Notes: generated from the sequence alone by a model not told the origin. DNA of 58,442 bases, filler included, from Dirinaria sp. TL-2023a (GCA_051941275.1; 6 parts of 6 records of this genome joined end to end with filler, not necessarily neighbours in it); one strand, 5' to 3'; shown: positions 37,874-51,591, counted from the whole stretch's first letter. Program-made: numbers and translations.

Positions 37874-38951
37874 GTCGGTTCAGAAGAGCTCGGCTTCGGA
37901 TTGCTGGAAGTTTGCTACCAGAGGTAGAATGATGGCAGAGCTTTGTTGTAGCGCGTGAGGCTGTCACAAGGCTAGCGCCTTCGTACGCTGTAGAGGCTCC
38001 AATCAACAATCCGTCCTGCTTCGAAGTCGGCTCTGGGAGCTTCGAGCTGTCGGAGAGGTTGGCAAATCCAGCAGATGGAAGTCTGAGCAGAAGCAAACAA
38101 GCTGCTCCTCCGTCCCTCACCGACATGATGGTTTTCGTCTTCCATCCGGTTCGATGCTGCGTGGGGCAGCTGGAACCCGGTAACACACATCTAGGCATCC
38201 AACGAAACAGATGTAAGTACCCAAGCCTTAGACAGGGATTATCAACCAATCACAACATGAAGGTCGCTCTACAAAGCACTGCGAAACCTGTCACGGCTGA
38301 TGATTATCTCGTGTGATAACCCGCAACCTCATCAGCACGAGCATTCCAGGGTTGGAAAACACATGTTGCAATTTGAGGCTGTGAGGTCTCAGGAAAATAC
38401 AAGTGAAGTTGAAGAGATAACTATAATGTCTGAACCAACAGCCCGCTGAGATTTTTTGGAATTTGACACATATCAGCTAGCATATCCTCTCTCTAAAAGT
38501 GTTTGTCCTTGTGTGATGAAAGCAGGTTTGCTAAGGTTCTGTAATGTTTATCGTTGATTTGAACAGCCTTTCGAAGAGCTCCTTAAAGGTGAGGCGAGCG
38601 AGCGGACCGATGATGCTGTTTCGGATAAATAATACAGATGACGGCTCCCGACTCCCGAGGCTCCGAAGCGCAAGATAATAATGGAAGATAGGTACATTCG
38701 AAATCGATAAATGCATGCATGATATTTGATTCGATAATACTTCATACTCAGAATCACAAAACTCATCCTCCATCCAGCGTCATTTCTCCACCCCACAATT
38801 CCCAACTTACCAATGCCACGTCCCTACCAACCCCTCCATCCATCCATCGTTCAAACGTAATTTTACAAAAACACCCTGTTCTTTTCGCTCAAGAGCAGCC
38901 GAAACTACATTGCATACTCCTGATTCCTAAGACAGCAATGAAATATCGAAG

Positions 38952-39051
38952 NNNNNNNNNNNNNNNNNNNNNNNNNNNNNNNNNNNNNNNNNNNNTTAAT
39001 TAATTAANNNNNNNNNNNNNNNNNNNNNNNNNNNNNNNNNNNNNNNNNNNN
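38952..39051. other. Artificial contig-joining linker
   Basis: N44-TTAATTAATTAA-N44. Confidence 0.97.
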
Positions 39052-39395
39052 TGGTGATGGTGGTGGTGATGGTGGTAGTGCAGGGGGCATCGGGGGCGTG
39101 TTTCAAGTCTGCAGAGTGCTGAGCAGCAACAGCAGCTATGACTTGCGCTAGATCGACAGTAGCACGGGGTCCGTAACCGTCGAGAGCCTCGAATGAGCTC
39201 GAGAACGGATGTGCGTGGCGCGTGCCGGATCGCCCGATGTAGGGTTTTTGAAGCATGAGAGGAGGTAGAGGCCAAAAGTGGACAGCATGACCGATTGGGT
39301 AAAGCACTACTGACTGTGGCACGGACCATGATGGACAAGAACGGGGTGTACCTGACATGCCTAAACCGATTTCGCAGAGAGTGGCGGAACTCACC

Positions 39396-39632
39396 GTATA
39401 TCTCTTGCTCATCGATGGGCTCCACCGTATCATCGTCGTCTGAAATCTCCGAGTCCGAGGATCCTGGGGATAAAAACGGATCAGGCGCATAGGCCGAGGC
39501 GGGAACCGTGCTCGAGAACAACCCGAGGGAAGTCTTTGTCGATGATGAGGATGATGGCGAGGGTTGCCGTCGACGGCTGGGGAGGTCAGAGGCATTGCGG
39601 ATGGTAGGGTTCGCGTTGAGTATTTCGGACAT
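39396..39632 (-). CDS. CIA2: CIA2/FAM96B (MIP18 family) cytosolic Fe-S assembly protein, first exon only
   Basis: MSEILNANPTI...EPIDEQEIY followed by a GTGAGT donor; the rest of the gene lies beyond the contig end. Confidence 0.75.
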
Positions 39633-42600
39633 ATTACCGGATTCGACACGCTGGATATGGCAGATGCAGGAACGGCGAAGAATAATCTCTTCTACGTATG
39701 CATTATTTACAAGTACGCAGGAGGCGAAAAAGTTTGAAGCTTGGATGTTGAAAGTGAAGATAGGCGCGCTTGTGGCGGAAAAGGACGATATCGCAGTGTG
39801 TCTATTTTCGATGATGCGGTGGCTCGCTTATGATACCCAATCGATAAGCGTGGCTTTAAATCTCCCGAGGCTCAATTGACAAGCTTCAACCCTTCCTTCC
39901 TTAAGACACTTACCGTGCCTACGGTACCTTCGGTTTGATGTTGATAGTTACCGAGTCTACCTTACCATTGCGTGAGTTGAAGGACTTCGGAATCTATTTT
40001 GATCACCATTTTTCCATCCTTTCCGTTGTCCTCGTCATCGCCATTCGTTTGACAGCCACGCAATCAAAGGAAAAAAAAAAAATGCAGCACCGCCTCATCG
40101 CGGAGCCTGCCGGTTATGCAGTTATGCAGCCGTGTGCAATTCTGTGCTCTTGGGCTGACTGGTAACGCGACTTACGGCTGATTGCTTTTCGATCGTACCT
40201 TGCGACAGCATCAGGCATACCTTATGGCCAACCTGGCTGCACTAACTTAGCAGTGTCATTGGAGCACAAAAATCTAAGTATTCTGCAGGGTGTTCGAGGC
40301 TGACGTCAGATGCGACAAGAGCTTTAAGGTGCTTTACCTTATAAGCCTTGGAATAAAGTTTCATTTTTCCAGAAAGGTGCGAAAAACGGGGGGAATTTTT
40401 CGCCTTCTGGCCCAATTCCCAGGTCAGGACTTTTCCAAAATGCTGAGAGATAAGAGCCTATCGATCAAAAGATAAAAAAATGACTGAGGATTTCGTCATG
40501 CAGTGGCCGGTCGGCGGTCTGACAAGGCTTCGGGAAATGTGCGATTGTTGGTGGCTTGCATGAAAGTGGTGCAAACCGCCCCTTTTTGCTCTTCTGCAGG
40601 CTTCCTCTGGCCTTCTAGAAGCCACCCCCTTGCTTTTTCCCGAGCATGAAGGAAGCTCGTGTGGGCTTTTCCCCGGTCCGCTTGCGCCATTCCAGAATCC
40701 CAATCGACGATTAGACTAGACGTTGACCGCTTTTATGTTCCTCCCGTTCAGTATGTAGTTGTATGCATAAAGTAGGTCAATACTATCATAACCTACCTTA
40801 AAATATGTACTTATATAGTCATCCTCGGTTGAAATGCACTTCGCGGGCTATTGCCGCACTACCATTAGTTATCCTTCGCCGTTTTGCTGATCCATGATCA
40901 TCACATCGCAGCAGTTGTCTCAGCAGCGACCCGAGGCTCAACGGAGCGGGCCACCAAGCGAGATTGGAGTGCAGGGAACAATAATATGCTTCTACTTTTA
41001 TCCTCTCGAACAAGTGCGTAAAAGTAGTTTAGTTTGCGTATCTTCCCGGCCGAGAGGGTTCCCAGAACCAATTAACGAGTCCTGGAGAAATCTTCCAATT
41101 GGTAAGGTATCATGCTGGTCTCCCGGGATGCCTCACAGTACCGTAGCCGCACACGGCAAGATGATCACCGGGCATGGATGTCCCAGTTCGTCCCCACTTG
41201 GGCTTGTGCACGCTGATTTGACGGCTTGCTATTGCAGGCTTTGCAGCTGGACTCAAAAAGAGCGTGTGCACAGGCATTATTCTTTTAAGTTGATAGTCTG
41301 GGAGCCTGGCAGGTGGGATTCCCAGTTCCCACGCCACTTCGCACGCTATTAAACGTTACCAAGAATGTTCGCCTGATACGCCAAAACGTCTCCTGAATGC
41401 CAATCGCCGCATCCAACATCCACTCGTCAGGAGGTATAAGACTGTCGCGCATGCCCGGGACCCGCGCGCGCTGAAGGATCTGAAGGAGGGAAACAATAAT
41501 CACGCCCCCATTTTTTTCTCTCGCCTGCAGTGACGAGACGAAACGAAACGAAGCGACTATCAAGCGAGCAGGCAGCCGTCGCAGCTTCTCTCCAGCGGTG
41601 TGTCTTACGTAATCGGTCACTCAGTCAATTCCGGCCCAGAGCACAAGACACGAGCCAAGAGGAACAGCGAGCAGGTCCTGTAATAATAATTAAGGTACGA
41701 GGGGTAATAAGGTAATTATCTGACCACACACTCGAGACACTCGACTGGGACACTGGAAAAAATTCCGCCAGTCTGCCTTGAGCTGCAAGACTTTCCCCAT
41801 CTCTTTGCAATAAATTTTCGAAACCGTTTAAGCAACCCGGCCTTTTAACTCTCTGCTTGTGTGCTCCCCTCACATTTGTAACGACACATCTCTCGCACCG
41901 AACGACGCCATCAGTGGGCACATTGGGCACATTTCAGCTAATATTGTCATTTGTCAAGCGACCACCACCGGAGTACCACCACTTACGACTACCCCGCCTT
42001 GGGCGAATGCAACCATCCGCAACTGGTCCAACCTTCAACCACTCTAACCTCGGGACCATCTGGGTGCGGCGGCTTTTTGACTTTACTGTGCAGGGCACTT
42101 CTCTTGGTGATCTCATCGCCGTTCTCATCTGCGTTTTGCGCATCGGACCTGGTGCTGGTGCTGGTGGCCAACAAGCTGTGGAAGTCGCAGAATCCTGCCA
42201 CTTCGTGCACCCTGCGCCTATCACAGCCTCGTTAGGAGCACAGGGCTCCTGTACAGCCACGAATCCATCCACACCGCCAACTCCCCCTTCGAAATTTGTT
42301 CGCGAGCTATGTGGTGAGACCCGGGTGGTGAATAAGAGAGATTGAGGAATCGCGCATACAGGAGGGCGGGAGCCACCATTCATATATGCTGGCTCTGCCT
42401 TGTCGTCGGACCACTTCCCAACTAAGACGTTCATCCGCCATCTTTACCTGTTCCTGAATTTATTGCTGCTATTTGCGTTAGGCTTGGAATATCGATCTCG
42501 CCCATCGCTGTCGCAGATGATCCAGCATTCCACAACTTCATACTTACACACGCCTTGTCGCCATTAAAGATTATCTTCAGCACCTGGTGTCTGCCTTGGG

Positions 42601-42916
42601 CTATCTGTCCTCTTCGCTTTTAATTTGACGTATCCACTCAAAAGTCTGCTTCGCAGTTGGAAATTCCCTTGGAAATTTTAATGAACTCAACGACTATTGC
42701 GCTACACACCACTGAGCAGCGCATAGCCCATCATTCTGCTTACTGCACTGCTGGACCATTACTCGAACTCAGTATCGGACAAGATCTATCTCATTCTCCG
42801 AGGCCAACTTGTCTGCTCTTGAATTTTTGAGGAAAGCGGTTAAGGAAGTACTCTAGGGCCATTCTGTATTTGGGGAGTGATTGACACCAGCTTCTGAGGC
42901 AGCGCAAGCCTTTTGA

Positions 42917-45900
42917 ATGACAACTGGAACCGAGATCCGGCCCTTGTTGCCGCACAAAATTCCTATGCAGAAATATTCGTTCGCCCCGCCCAATTTTGGG
43001 CTCGGCGACAATAAGAAGAGTATGTGGCAGCTTTGACAGACGCTGATAGCAGAAAAGACAATGTTGACAATTTTCTAGACTATGTTTTTGTTGATGAACA
43101 TAACCGTCACAAGCGCCTCAAAGGTAGGTCAGCTATAACACGGCAATCGGACGAGAGTGCTAAATTATTTTAGTCATGAGAGCCTGTGAAGGCTGCCGGA
43201 GAAGAAAAATTAAATGTGATGCTGCCACGACAAACCAATGGCCTTGCGCTTCCTGCGTCCGGCTTAAGCTCCATTGCGTACCGCCAACTATGAACTACGA
43301 CCGCAACCAAGCCATCGGAGGTCACCTTTCTGGTTTGGAACGAGTACTTGACTTTGATACTGTCAACGACAGCGGCGATGATGATTTCCACAACCCCTCA
43401 GATATCCCCCAATTCTACGATTTACCGAACCCACACGATCAGCTTCAAGCCAACCAAGGATCGTATAGTGACAACATAGGCGCTTTTCAAACCCCACCAT
43501 ACTCGGAACGAGCCCCAAGCCTTAACGAATACTCTACTTATGATGATATGTCTGGCATACAGATCCGATCAGAACCATTCCATGACACAACAAATTTGGG
43601 TCTGCCGAATAGCCAGACCATACCCGCCCAAAATGGACCTTCTTGGTCAAACGATCAATTTAACGTTGCAGAATTGACTGAAGTTTTGGGAGAGCTCAAA
43701 ATACCCGAGAATGGAGAAGGTAGGCATAAATCTGGTTCAGTCAACTGTATCCTTGATTTAACCATCATATAGCTCTATACATCTCACAGCAAAAGAAAAG
43801 CCTAGCAGAAGCACCGGCTCTCGAAGAATTCGAAGTCAAATTGCCCACCATGTCTACCGGCTCAGGATCTACTGTTCGGATACCTCCAGAGCTCATGCCC
43901 TCGGAAGATCAGTGCATGGAGTGGTTCGATATTTTCTTCAGAGATATCCACCCTTACGTTCCTGTTATAAGCAAACCATACTTCTACAAGCAGTGGCGTA
44001 CCAACCGCAGGTTGATATCGCCCTTGATATTAGAAGCTATCTTTGCTTGTGCGGGACGATTGTCGGACGACCCAGCCCAGGGAGCGCAGTGGCTGGCACT
44101 AGCTTCCAGTGAATCTTCACCCTTCCCCGTCCTATTCCGGAGAGACTAACATGTATGATAGAACACGAAGATTGTTTCATGGATGTACCTCGACTAAGCA
44201 CGATCCAAGCTCTGTTGCTGCTACTGAAAGCGCGAGAAGCCGCTCCAAAGAGAGGCTATTATTATAGATCTTGGATGACAATCAAGACAGTAATCGCGCT
44301 TGCCCAAGACCTTGAGCTCCACGAGCACTATCAAAACCATCAGGCCGGCCGTGACTGCGGGGCGGATCCTACCGAGTGTCTGATCAAGACGAGGATATGG
44401 CAAAACATATTTGTCTGCGAGATGATGATCGGTGGCCCGCAAGGTACAATACACCACAAGTCCCTGGAGCGGCTGTAGTGCAACTTCTAACAATACTTAG
44501 GGCGACGTGACATGGGCGTTGAAATCGATTCCGTGGACTTCAATGTGCCAAGACCTACGCCTAGCATTGATTCGTCCGACTACCAGGTGTCACGCCAATT
44601 CACGTATCTGGTGCGCATGGTCCGCAATGTGCGGTCTATGAGTGAAATCTACGCCAAGGTCAAGAGGCAAAAGGATTGGGGTAGCAACCCTCAATTCGCA
44701 AATCTCACTCCCGAGTTGGACAGATGGCATGCCGACTTACCAAGAGACCTCCAGCTTCACCTATCCGAGGATGGCACTCCCCCCTGGATCCCATCGCATT
44801 TTGTGGGCAATATGCATTGCTACTACCATCTCACAAATCTCATGCTTGAGCGACCGCAGCTTATGAAGTCTGATTCCTTTTCGGCTGGTGGAAGCTGGAA
44901 GCAGCATATGGCTTCTTGCTACTCGTCAGCTAAAGCCATGTGCCGGTTGCAGGAGGGAACCATGCAAGCCTTTGGGCTCCCTGGATTACTTTGCATGCAA
45001 CGCGGCATTAATTTTGTCATTTACTGTGTCCTCAGCTGCACCATGATTCATCTTGTAAGCAGAAGTCGTACACCTTACTGATCCCATCTTTCTCTGACAG
45101 CTCCGCAGGTTGCCATCACATCCCCAGATCCGGATTTCTATACAGACGCCAAAGACTATTTCACACGCCACATGCGCATTCTTGAGTTTTGCACATCAGC
45201 CTGGCCTATGCCAGAGATGCAAACACAGATCGACGCTTTAAGGGAAGCGTTCTCAGCTGACACTAGCAAACCTTTTCAACTGAGGGCAAGCTTTCCCCAC
45301 GGCAGCCCAGCAAGTACACTACGAGGGAGCCCTCCTGCGGATCTGAAATACCAAAATCTAAGTCGTCAGACGTCACATGACATCCCATATCAGGTCCAGC
45401 CGATGACGCCCCCTATTTCTGCTGGACTTGACGAGAGTAAAGATCGGTCCATGTCGATGCCGATAAATGTCGGCCCCCAGCAACAGCCGCTGCCTATGCC
45501 CACTACCCCAATGAGCAATGGCCACATGGGCTGGAATCCTACGAAGATCTTCGAGTATGTCTAGTCCTTTTCATAGTTTAACAGAGTCTGTACTGATGAC
45601 GCCAGTCAATGGACCACCGCATTTGGCACTCCCACCAGTACAGCTACCAGCTCCGTCCCTCAACCATCGCCACCTCTCTTTCCACCCACTTCAACGATGT
45701 CTCACGATATCTCGAATTACCAGGATACAATGCAACAGCAACAGCAGTACGGCATTCCGTCCAGCGTGGCATCAGTGCCGCAAGTACAGCCTGTTTCGCA
45801 GATGCCCAGCTACAACGCCATGGCGCCGAACTTCGTAACATCCAGCATGTGGCGAGATACTGTTGCAAGCACCTATGATACGGGTGGAAACAAGAGAAGT

Positions 45901-45960
45901 TGGGACACTGAGCCCCCCTACCTGGTCGACTCTGGCCATCCTACTAAGCGACCAAGATAA
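42917..45960 (+). CDS. Zn(II)2Cys6 transcription factor with a fungal-specific TF domain (Prf/Ebr1-like)
   Basis: Multi-exon (first introns 43020-43078 and 43124-43173). YVFVDEHNRHKRLKVMRACEGCRRRKIKCDAATTNQWPCASCVRLKLHC, then FFRDIHPYVPVI, PRLSTIQALLLL and RIWQNIFVCE. Confidence 0.9.
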
Positions 45961-46621
45961 GCAGGCTTTATCTACTGTTTATCTACTGTAACACCACCTT
46001 GTCTTTCTGCTTTTGACGTTCGCAATCGATTCAAGCACGGGCTTGACGCACGAAGATCATGTAAACGATGTAATGTACCAGGGATCTATTCGCTTTTCCG
46101 GTGTTTGATGGTGTGCTACGCCCCTCTGGATGTGCGGATTTGGGGCATCGATTTGGTCTATTGGAGAACGCATGATGTACGTTATAGGAGAATTGGGAGA
46201 AATTCATATTTCGAATTAGCCAGCAATTGAGGACCCAGGATGGTCACAGAAGAATTGCGTATTCGAAATGGCCAAGGCATGAAGCAAGTACTGTGGTCGA
46301 TTGAACGCTATTGCAGGGTTGGATCTCATATTTGCGTCAGGCATGATCCTGTCCTCCAGACCGAGCACTAGACTGTAAGTCCCGGCTTCGAGTGGCACTG
46401 ACCGATCACTTGCATTGATACCTAAGGGCATCAAAACTGCCAAAGCCACCGTCATCGCCCTTCCCCATCAGCTGGATATCCATCAGCCAGGCGAGCCATG
46501 CACCTTCTGTTAGTAGCTAGCCTCTTCGCACCCACTGCCGTTTTCTACGTGCTTCGCCTCCTGTTCGTCTCGTGCTGCTGTACTTCGCACGATGCACAAG
46601 TGTTGATATCATTGCTGCGAA

Positions 46622-47142
46622 CTACCCTCGATCTCCGCCAATCCTTTCCAAAGCTTCGAGCATGACGACCGAATTGCCTCTTATGACCTATATGTTGCTC
46701 CAACGAAGTTGTCAGTATAGGTCGCTGATATAGACCCACTACTTCTAGTCCAATTGCTCTGACAGTTGACGGGGTCTTCATCACGTACGACCATCCCGAT
46801 CCGAACCTTCTCCCCACCTGCTTTCTCCTCGACCGCCTCATCGAGCACGATGTTGAGGAAGACCTAGGTAATGTGTCCCGGTATTAGCCCCTGCCTACGT
46901 TCTAGAAGTGACATCGCGGCCCCCGTCGAATAGTGCAATCAGACTCTGAGATACACGTGAGGTCGCTATACGTACATCGTAGCCCCGTAGTACACCGATG
47001 ACTTTACGGCTGCCGTTCAGTTGCACGAAGAGCCGCTTGTCGAGGTACTGTCAGGACAACCAGTCAGTCAAGGGTGGTAGAAAAAGGAGGGAAATAGGGA
47101 TGGAAGGAGAACCTTTTTAAGCTCGGGCTGAGCTTGAGGCAT
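46622..47142 (-). CDS. SMX2: Small nuclear ribonucleoprotein Sm G
   Basis: Four exons give [80 protein letters not shown]. Confidence 0.92.
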
Positions 47143-47396
47143 TGTGGGCGGTTGCTGTGGGATTGGTCGAGGGAAAGGATATTCCTTGATGAGTTTTCTG
47201 TGAATGTTTCGGCGGCTTGGCTGCGACGCTAGTGGATGCGGCTCTGAGAAGTTCCCCTACCACCTCGACCTTAGCCCAGCAGAGTTTCGATTTATTGAAC
47301 AGCATTGAGGGCTTCGGACTATTTCACCGCCTTCTCGTTGCCATTCCAATAGGAGCGCGCATCGAAATTGCCACTTGATCTATCACATCAGTTCCC

Positions 47397-48697
47397 ATGC
47401 GGTCTTCTCTGAACGCTCGGCGCAAAGCCCGCATTATCGGGCAAGACGATGCTCCCAGCCATGATAGCACAGCTCAGCCAGAGCTCTCCGGCCCGGACCA
47501 AGGTAAGCTTCGATCATCCTGTCAACCTCAAAACAATCTCTGACAATGATCCACGAAGCACCAGGCTGACAGCCTCCGTAGACCCTGACCCCATCCCTGC
47601 CGTGATCCGTCCCACAACCAGCCGCTCGAGCTCAAAAAAACGCTCCTCCCTCCGCGTCTCATTCGGGCCCGGCGGGACATCTATGACAGGTGATGGCGAC
47701 CCCGAGAATACCTCTGCAGTGTTCACACCCAAGAAATCCAACCTCAGCCGCGCCGCCATCGCGAACAACGCCCTTCGCAAATCCCAACTATCATCCGAGC
47801 ATGGCCTCCTCCGAAGCACAGACGAGCGGCCTCGCTATACCGCCGAAAGCCTACACGAACTGAAAAACTCCACCCCCTCCACTCCAAAAAAAGACCTCGA
47901 TGCAAAAGAAGGAGAAGAAGAAGAAGAAGAAGGCCCAGAAACACAAGCGCTGGACCTAGCCGCGAAATTCGGCACCGATCTCGCCTTACGCACAGGCGAC
48001 GGTCTAATCCCCACAGAAGCCGAGATCGCGGAGAAAAAAGCGCGGCGGAGAAGGCTGGCCCAAGAACAGGAATATATTTCCCTGCACCAAACCTCGAACT
48101 CCTCCCCGTCCCCCTCCAATTCTTCTTCTTCTGAAGAAGAAAACGAAACCCGAATCTCCCTTCTCAACCCCAACAACAACAACCACAACAAAAGGAAACC
48201 CCAGAAATACCCCTCCACCCGCCTCGTGCCGGACGACGAGGATATAGCCGAAGGCTTCGACTCCTTCGTCGAAGACGAAGGCCGCGTGGCCCTCGGCCGC
48301 ACGCAGGCACGGGAGCAGCGCCGGCGCGAAAAAGAACGCATCCGGGCCCTCATCTCGGAAGCCGAACACGGCCATTCTCCTCGATCCGCTTCTTCATCTT
48401 CTTCTTCCGCCAATGAAGAAAACGAAGAAGACGACAGCGAAGCCGAGCGGCGCGCCGCCTACGAAGCTTCGCAGACGCGCGCCGGCTTGGATGGCCTTCT
48501 TCTTGCTTCTTCTTCTTCTTCCCAACAGCAACAGCGTCCACGCACCCCACCCAAAATCACCCCGCTGCCATCTCTATCCGGCGTGCTGGGGAAATTATCC
48601 CAGAGAAGGGTCTTGCTTGAGACGCAGCGACGGGTTAGAGTTAAGCGGATGGAGGAGATTGCACGGGAGAAGGAGGAGGTTAAGGGTAGGGAAGCGG
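47397..48697 (+). CDS. NTR2-like (NTC-related) spliceosome disassembly protein; 3' end truncated
   Basis: MRSSLNARRKARIIGQDD, then an intron, then LHELKNSTPSTP...IPTEAEIAEKKARRRRLA...TRLVPDDEDIAEGFDSFVED...AYEASQTRAG...PPKITPLPSL. Confidence 0.75.
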
Positions 48698-48797
48698 NNN
48701 NNNNNNNNNNNNNNNNNNNNNNNNNNNNNNNNNNNNNNNNNTTAATTAATTAANNNNNNNNNNNNNNNNNNNNNNNNNNNNNNNNNNNNNNNNNNNN
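48698..48797. other. Artificial contig-joining linker
   Basis: N44-TTAATTAATTAA-N44. Confidence 0.97.
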
Positions 48798-48818
48798 GTG
48801 ATTTAGTTTATTTATTAG

Positions 48819-49691
48819 TTAATTCGTCATCAACCCGCCCAACCGCTCCTTCTTCTCCTTCGCCGCTCGCCGAGCCTCCCTCTCGACTTTCCTCGCCTCC
48901 CTCAGATCCGGCGGGCGCTCGATGCCCAATTCCCGCCTCAGCTCATCGACATCCCTCTCCAGCTGCTCTTCCCAATACACATTCAGCACGTCCGCGCACT
49001 TCCACCCATTCCCAATCGCCCAGGGGAGGTACGTGGTCCAAAACCGGGCGCGCTCGGCTTTCTTGAGTCGCGCGACGGCGAACAGGCTCAGCCCCGTCAT
49101 GGGGAGGAGGGTATTTGCGAACTCGAACGCCTTGAGCGCCACCTCCCCCTCGACAACGACGGGGAGGCCCGTGAGGGCGTGGTAGAAATCGTGGCTCTCG
49201 CGGTACCGCTGCATCACGTACGCGCATTCCTCGTCGTCCACGTACCGCACCGCGTCGCGCGTGTCCGGGCTCACGCCCTCGCGGTCCAGCCACGCCGCGT
49301 ACGTGCGTCCCACGCTGTGCGGTTTCAGGGTGCGCAGGTACGGCAGCGACATGGTTTGGGAGGTGATGCGGGGTCGGTCGCGGAGGATCCGTCGCCCCGT
49401 CGGGGATGATAGCATCGCGTCCCGCAGCCGGTAGATGAAGTACGGGGTTGCGGTCGTTTCGCCCAGCGTCGCGATCAGGTCCCCGCGTCTGGGGTTGAGC
49501 AGGGACATGATTGCGGACCCGGCGGCGAGGGCGCCCCGCTCCAGGTTGGTGAGCGGCACATGGCCTGGGTAGTTGGGAGGGGGCCGGTTCAGGACTGAGA
49601 ATGGTCGCGGGGAGTTGAGGACCGCGAGACGGAGATGAGGGGGGAGTAGGATGAGGTTCTGTGAGAGACTGCGGGTTATTGTGCAGTTCAT
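48819..49691 (-). CDS. COQ4: Ubiquinone biosynthesis protein Coq4
   Basis: ATG 49691; [27 protein letters not shown], and [15 protein letters not shown]...[10 protein letters not shown] (HDxxHx11E). Confidence 0.95.
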   Translation of the reverse strand: MNCTITRSLSQNLILLPPHLRLAVLNSPRPFSVLNRPPPNYPGHVPLTNLERGALAAGSAIMSLLNPRRGDLIATLGETTATPYFIYRLRDAMLSSPTGRRILRDRPRITSQTMSLPYLRTLKPHSVGRTYAAWLDREGVSPDTRDAVRYVDDEECAYVMQRYRESHDFYHALTGLPVVVEGEVALKAFEFANTLLPMTGLSLFAVARLKKAERARFWTTYLPWAIGNGWKCADVLNVYWEEQLERDVDELRRELGIERPPDLREARKVEREARRAAKEKKERLGGLMTN

Positions 49692-49963
49692 GATCGAAGA
49701 GTGCTGCTTGTTCGGAAAGGCAGAGTTGTAGGGGGTTTCGCAGTGATGGGATGAAGTCCGCAGAAGCGAGCCGTGATTGGTCAATTTCGACTGCTAGCTC
49801 CGCAATGTCATATCACATCTAGCTCCCTCCAATGAACATTTTGACTCTTCCCTCAGACTCAAACCATAATGCACCTACACATACTATTTTCGTCGTTGGG
49901 TGAAGATTCTTGAGGCTCCAAGATAGCGGCGTTTGTCACGGCTACGTGATATCTCAAGCGGTC

Positions 49964-51507
49964 ATGGCTCCCAGAACCCGGAGCGCGGGTTTCCACCCAG
50001 CCGGTCCTCAGCACGAAGCTTTTACCCAATGGTCCAAAGACCGCGGTGTCGAGATCAACAAGGTGTCTCCAGCTCGGATCCCCGGCCGCGGCTTGGGGAT
50101 GATAGCTCGGCGGCGGATTGAGGTACACTGCTAAGGGTTCAAACACCCCACACTCTGGACCGCGGAACGCTGAGGGCAGAAGTATATAGGCCGGCGAGGA
50201 GCTCATGAATGTCCCTGCCTCGGCACTCCTGACCGAGAAGTCCATCCCCGAGAGCTTCAGGAAGAGACATGGGGATATCACCGTGCATGGTTTATTGGCC
50301 TCTTTCCTGGCTTTTGGTGGAACGGACGTCCAACCCTATGCGCCTTGGCAAGCTACTTGGCCGTCTTTCGCCGACTTCCAGGCCTGTATGCCACTGCTGT
50401 GGCCTGACATACTGCGGAATCGGTTTGACAGCGGCAGGCGTGACGTTGAGAAGAGACCTTCTGTGCTACCACCCGCTATTGACGCTGACCACCGGTTGGA
50501 ACTCAGTACTGATGGTTTGGGCACAAGTCCTGGTCTTCTGCTGAAACAGGAAAGAAACTTCAAGAGAGATTGGTCGATAGTGGGGAGAGTCGTTCCTGAT
50601 GCTTGTAAAGACACGTTCTTGTATTATTGGCTTGTCGTCAATACGAGGACCTTCTACTACGAGTTACCAGGCTTGAACGGCAAAAGGCCAAAAGAAGATC
50701 GCATGGTCATGTGCCCCTTCGTAGATTACTTCAATCATGCAGATCAGGGGGTGAGTCAAACGATCCGCGTGCCGTAGACCGAACGGCTGAGTATCAGTGT
50801 GATGTTGCGTTTGATGAGAATGGCTACACGGTGACTGCAGATAAGAATTACGGTGTGGCTCAAAGATCAATCAATTGCGAGCATGCATGTTAACGTGGGT
50901 CAGATGCCGGTCAAGAGATCTATGTCTCGTATGGAAGCCACAGCAATGACTTTTTGCTCGTTGAATGTGAGATCATGTCATTTCTGTCCAGTATTCAGGA
51001 CGGCGTGCTGAGACCTGTGCAAGATGGCTTTATTCTTGACAAGAACAAGTGGGATTATCTACCATTGGATGACTTGTTACTCCCTGGTATACTACGGCAA
51101 AGACATCGCAGAGATAAGCTTGAAAGAGAGGGTTATTTAGGGTATAGAACCTTTGGGAGGAGAATAGAGTGGTGCTAACTGGCCGAAGGAATTACATACT
51201 TACCGCTGAAGGAGTTTGCCATCGTACGGAGGTCGCGATCCGGACATTGACCCTCAATAATCATGATTGGCAGAGGTATGTGGAAGGGTTGAGTGTGAGT
51301 AAGGAAGCTTGTGACGAGCCTCGGACGAATACTATCATTGAGACGAACATCCTCTCAGTTTACCATGAAGCAGTACAAAAGACTCTGAAAGCCCTGGATG
51401 AGATAGATAACGAAAGCGTCAAGCTCCAGAAGGAGACTCTTACTAGACGATGGCTGCAGATAGAAGTCACGGTGGAACGGGCAAGGCGTGGATTTAGGAG
51501 GTTCTGA
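49964..51507 (+). CDS. SET-domain protein lysine methyltransferase (Rkm2/Set11-like)
   Basis: [29 protein letters not shown] and [20 protein letters not shown] across several introns. Confidence 0.85.
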
Positions 51508-51591
51508 TTCACTTAAGGATGGCATACTAGCGTGAGGCCGCATGCGTTGAACCAAGCCGTAAAAGGGACAATAAAAGAAATCTTCTCTTCT

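Noticed and set aside
39000..39649. His/Thr-tailed 210-217-aa ORFs
   Set aside because: Read-through of the CIA2 first exon into its intron and a CAC/CAT microsatellite at the contig end
41857..42434. Overlapping 162-aa and 166-aa ORFs on both strands
   Set aside because: No recognisable domain or splice structure; probably chance ORFs in the TF upstream region
9676..48797. Regular ~9.7-kb spacing of TTAATTAATTAA palindromes as a biological periodic element
   Set aside because: This is a six-frame stop linker embedded in Ns, an assembly artefact
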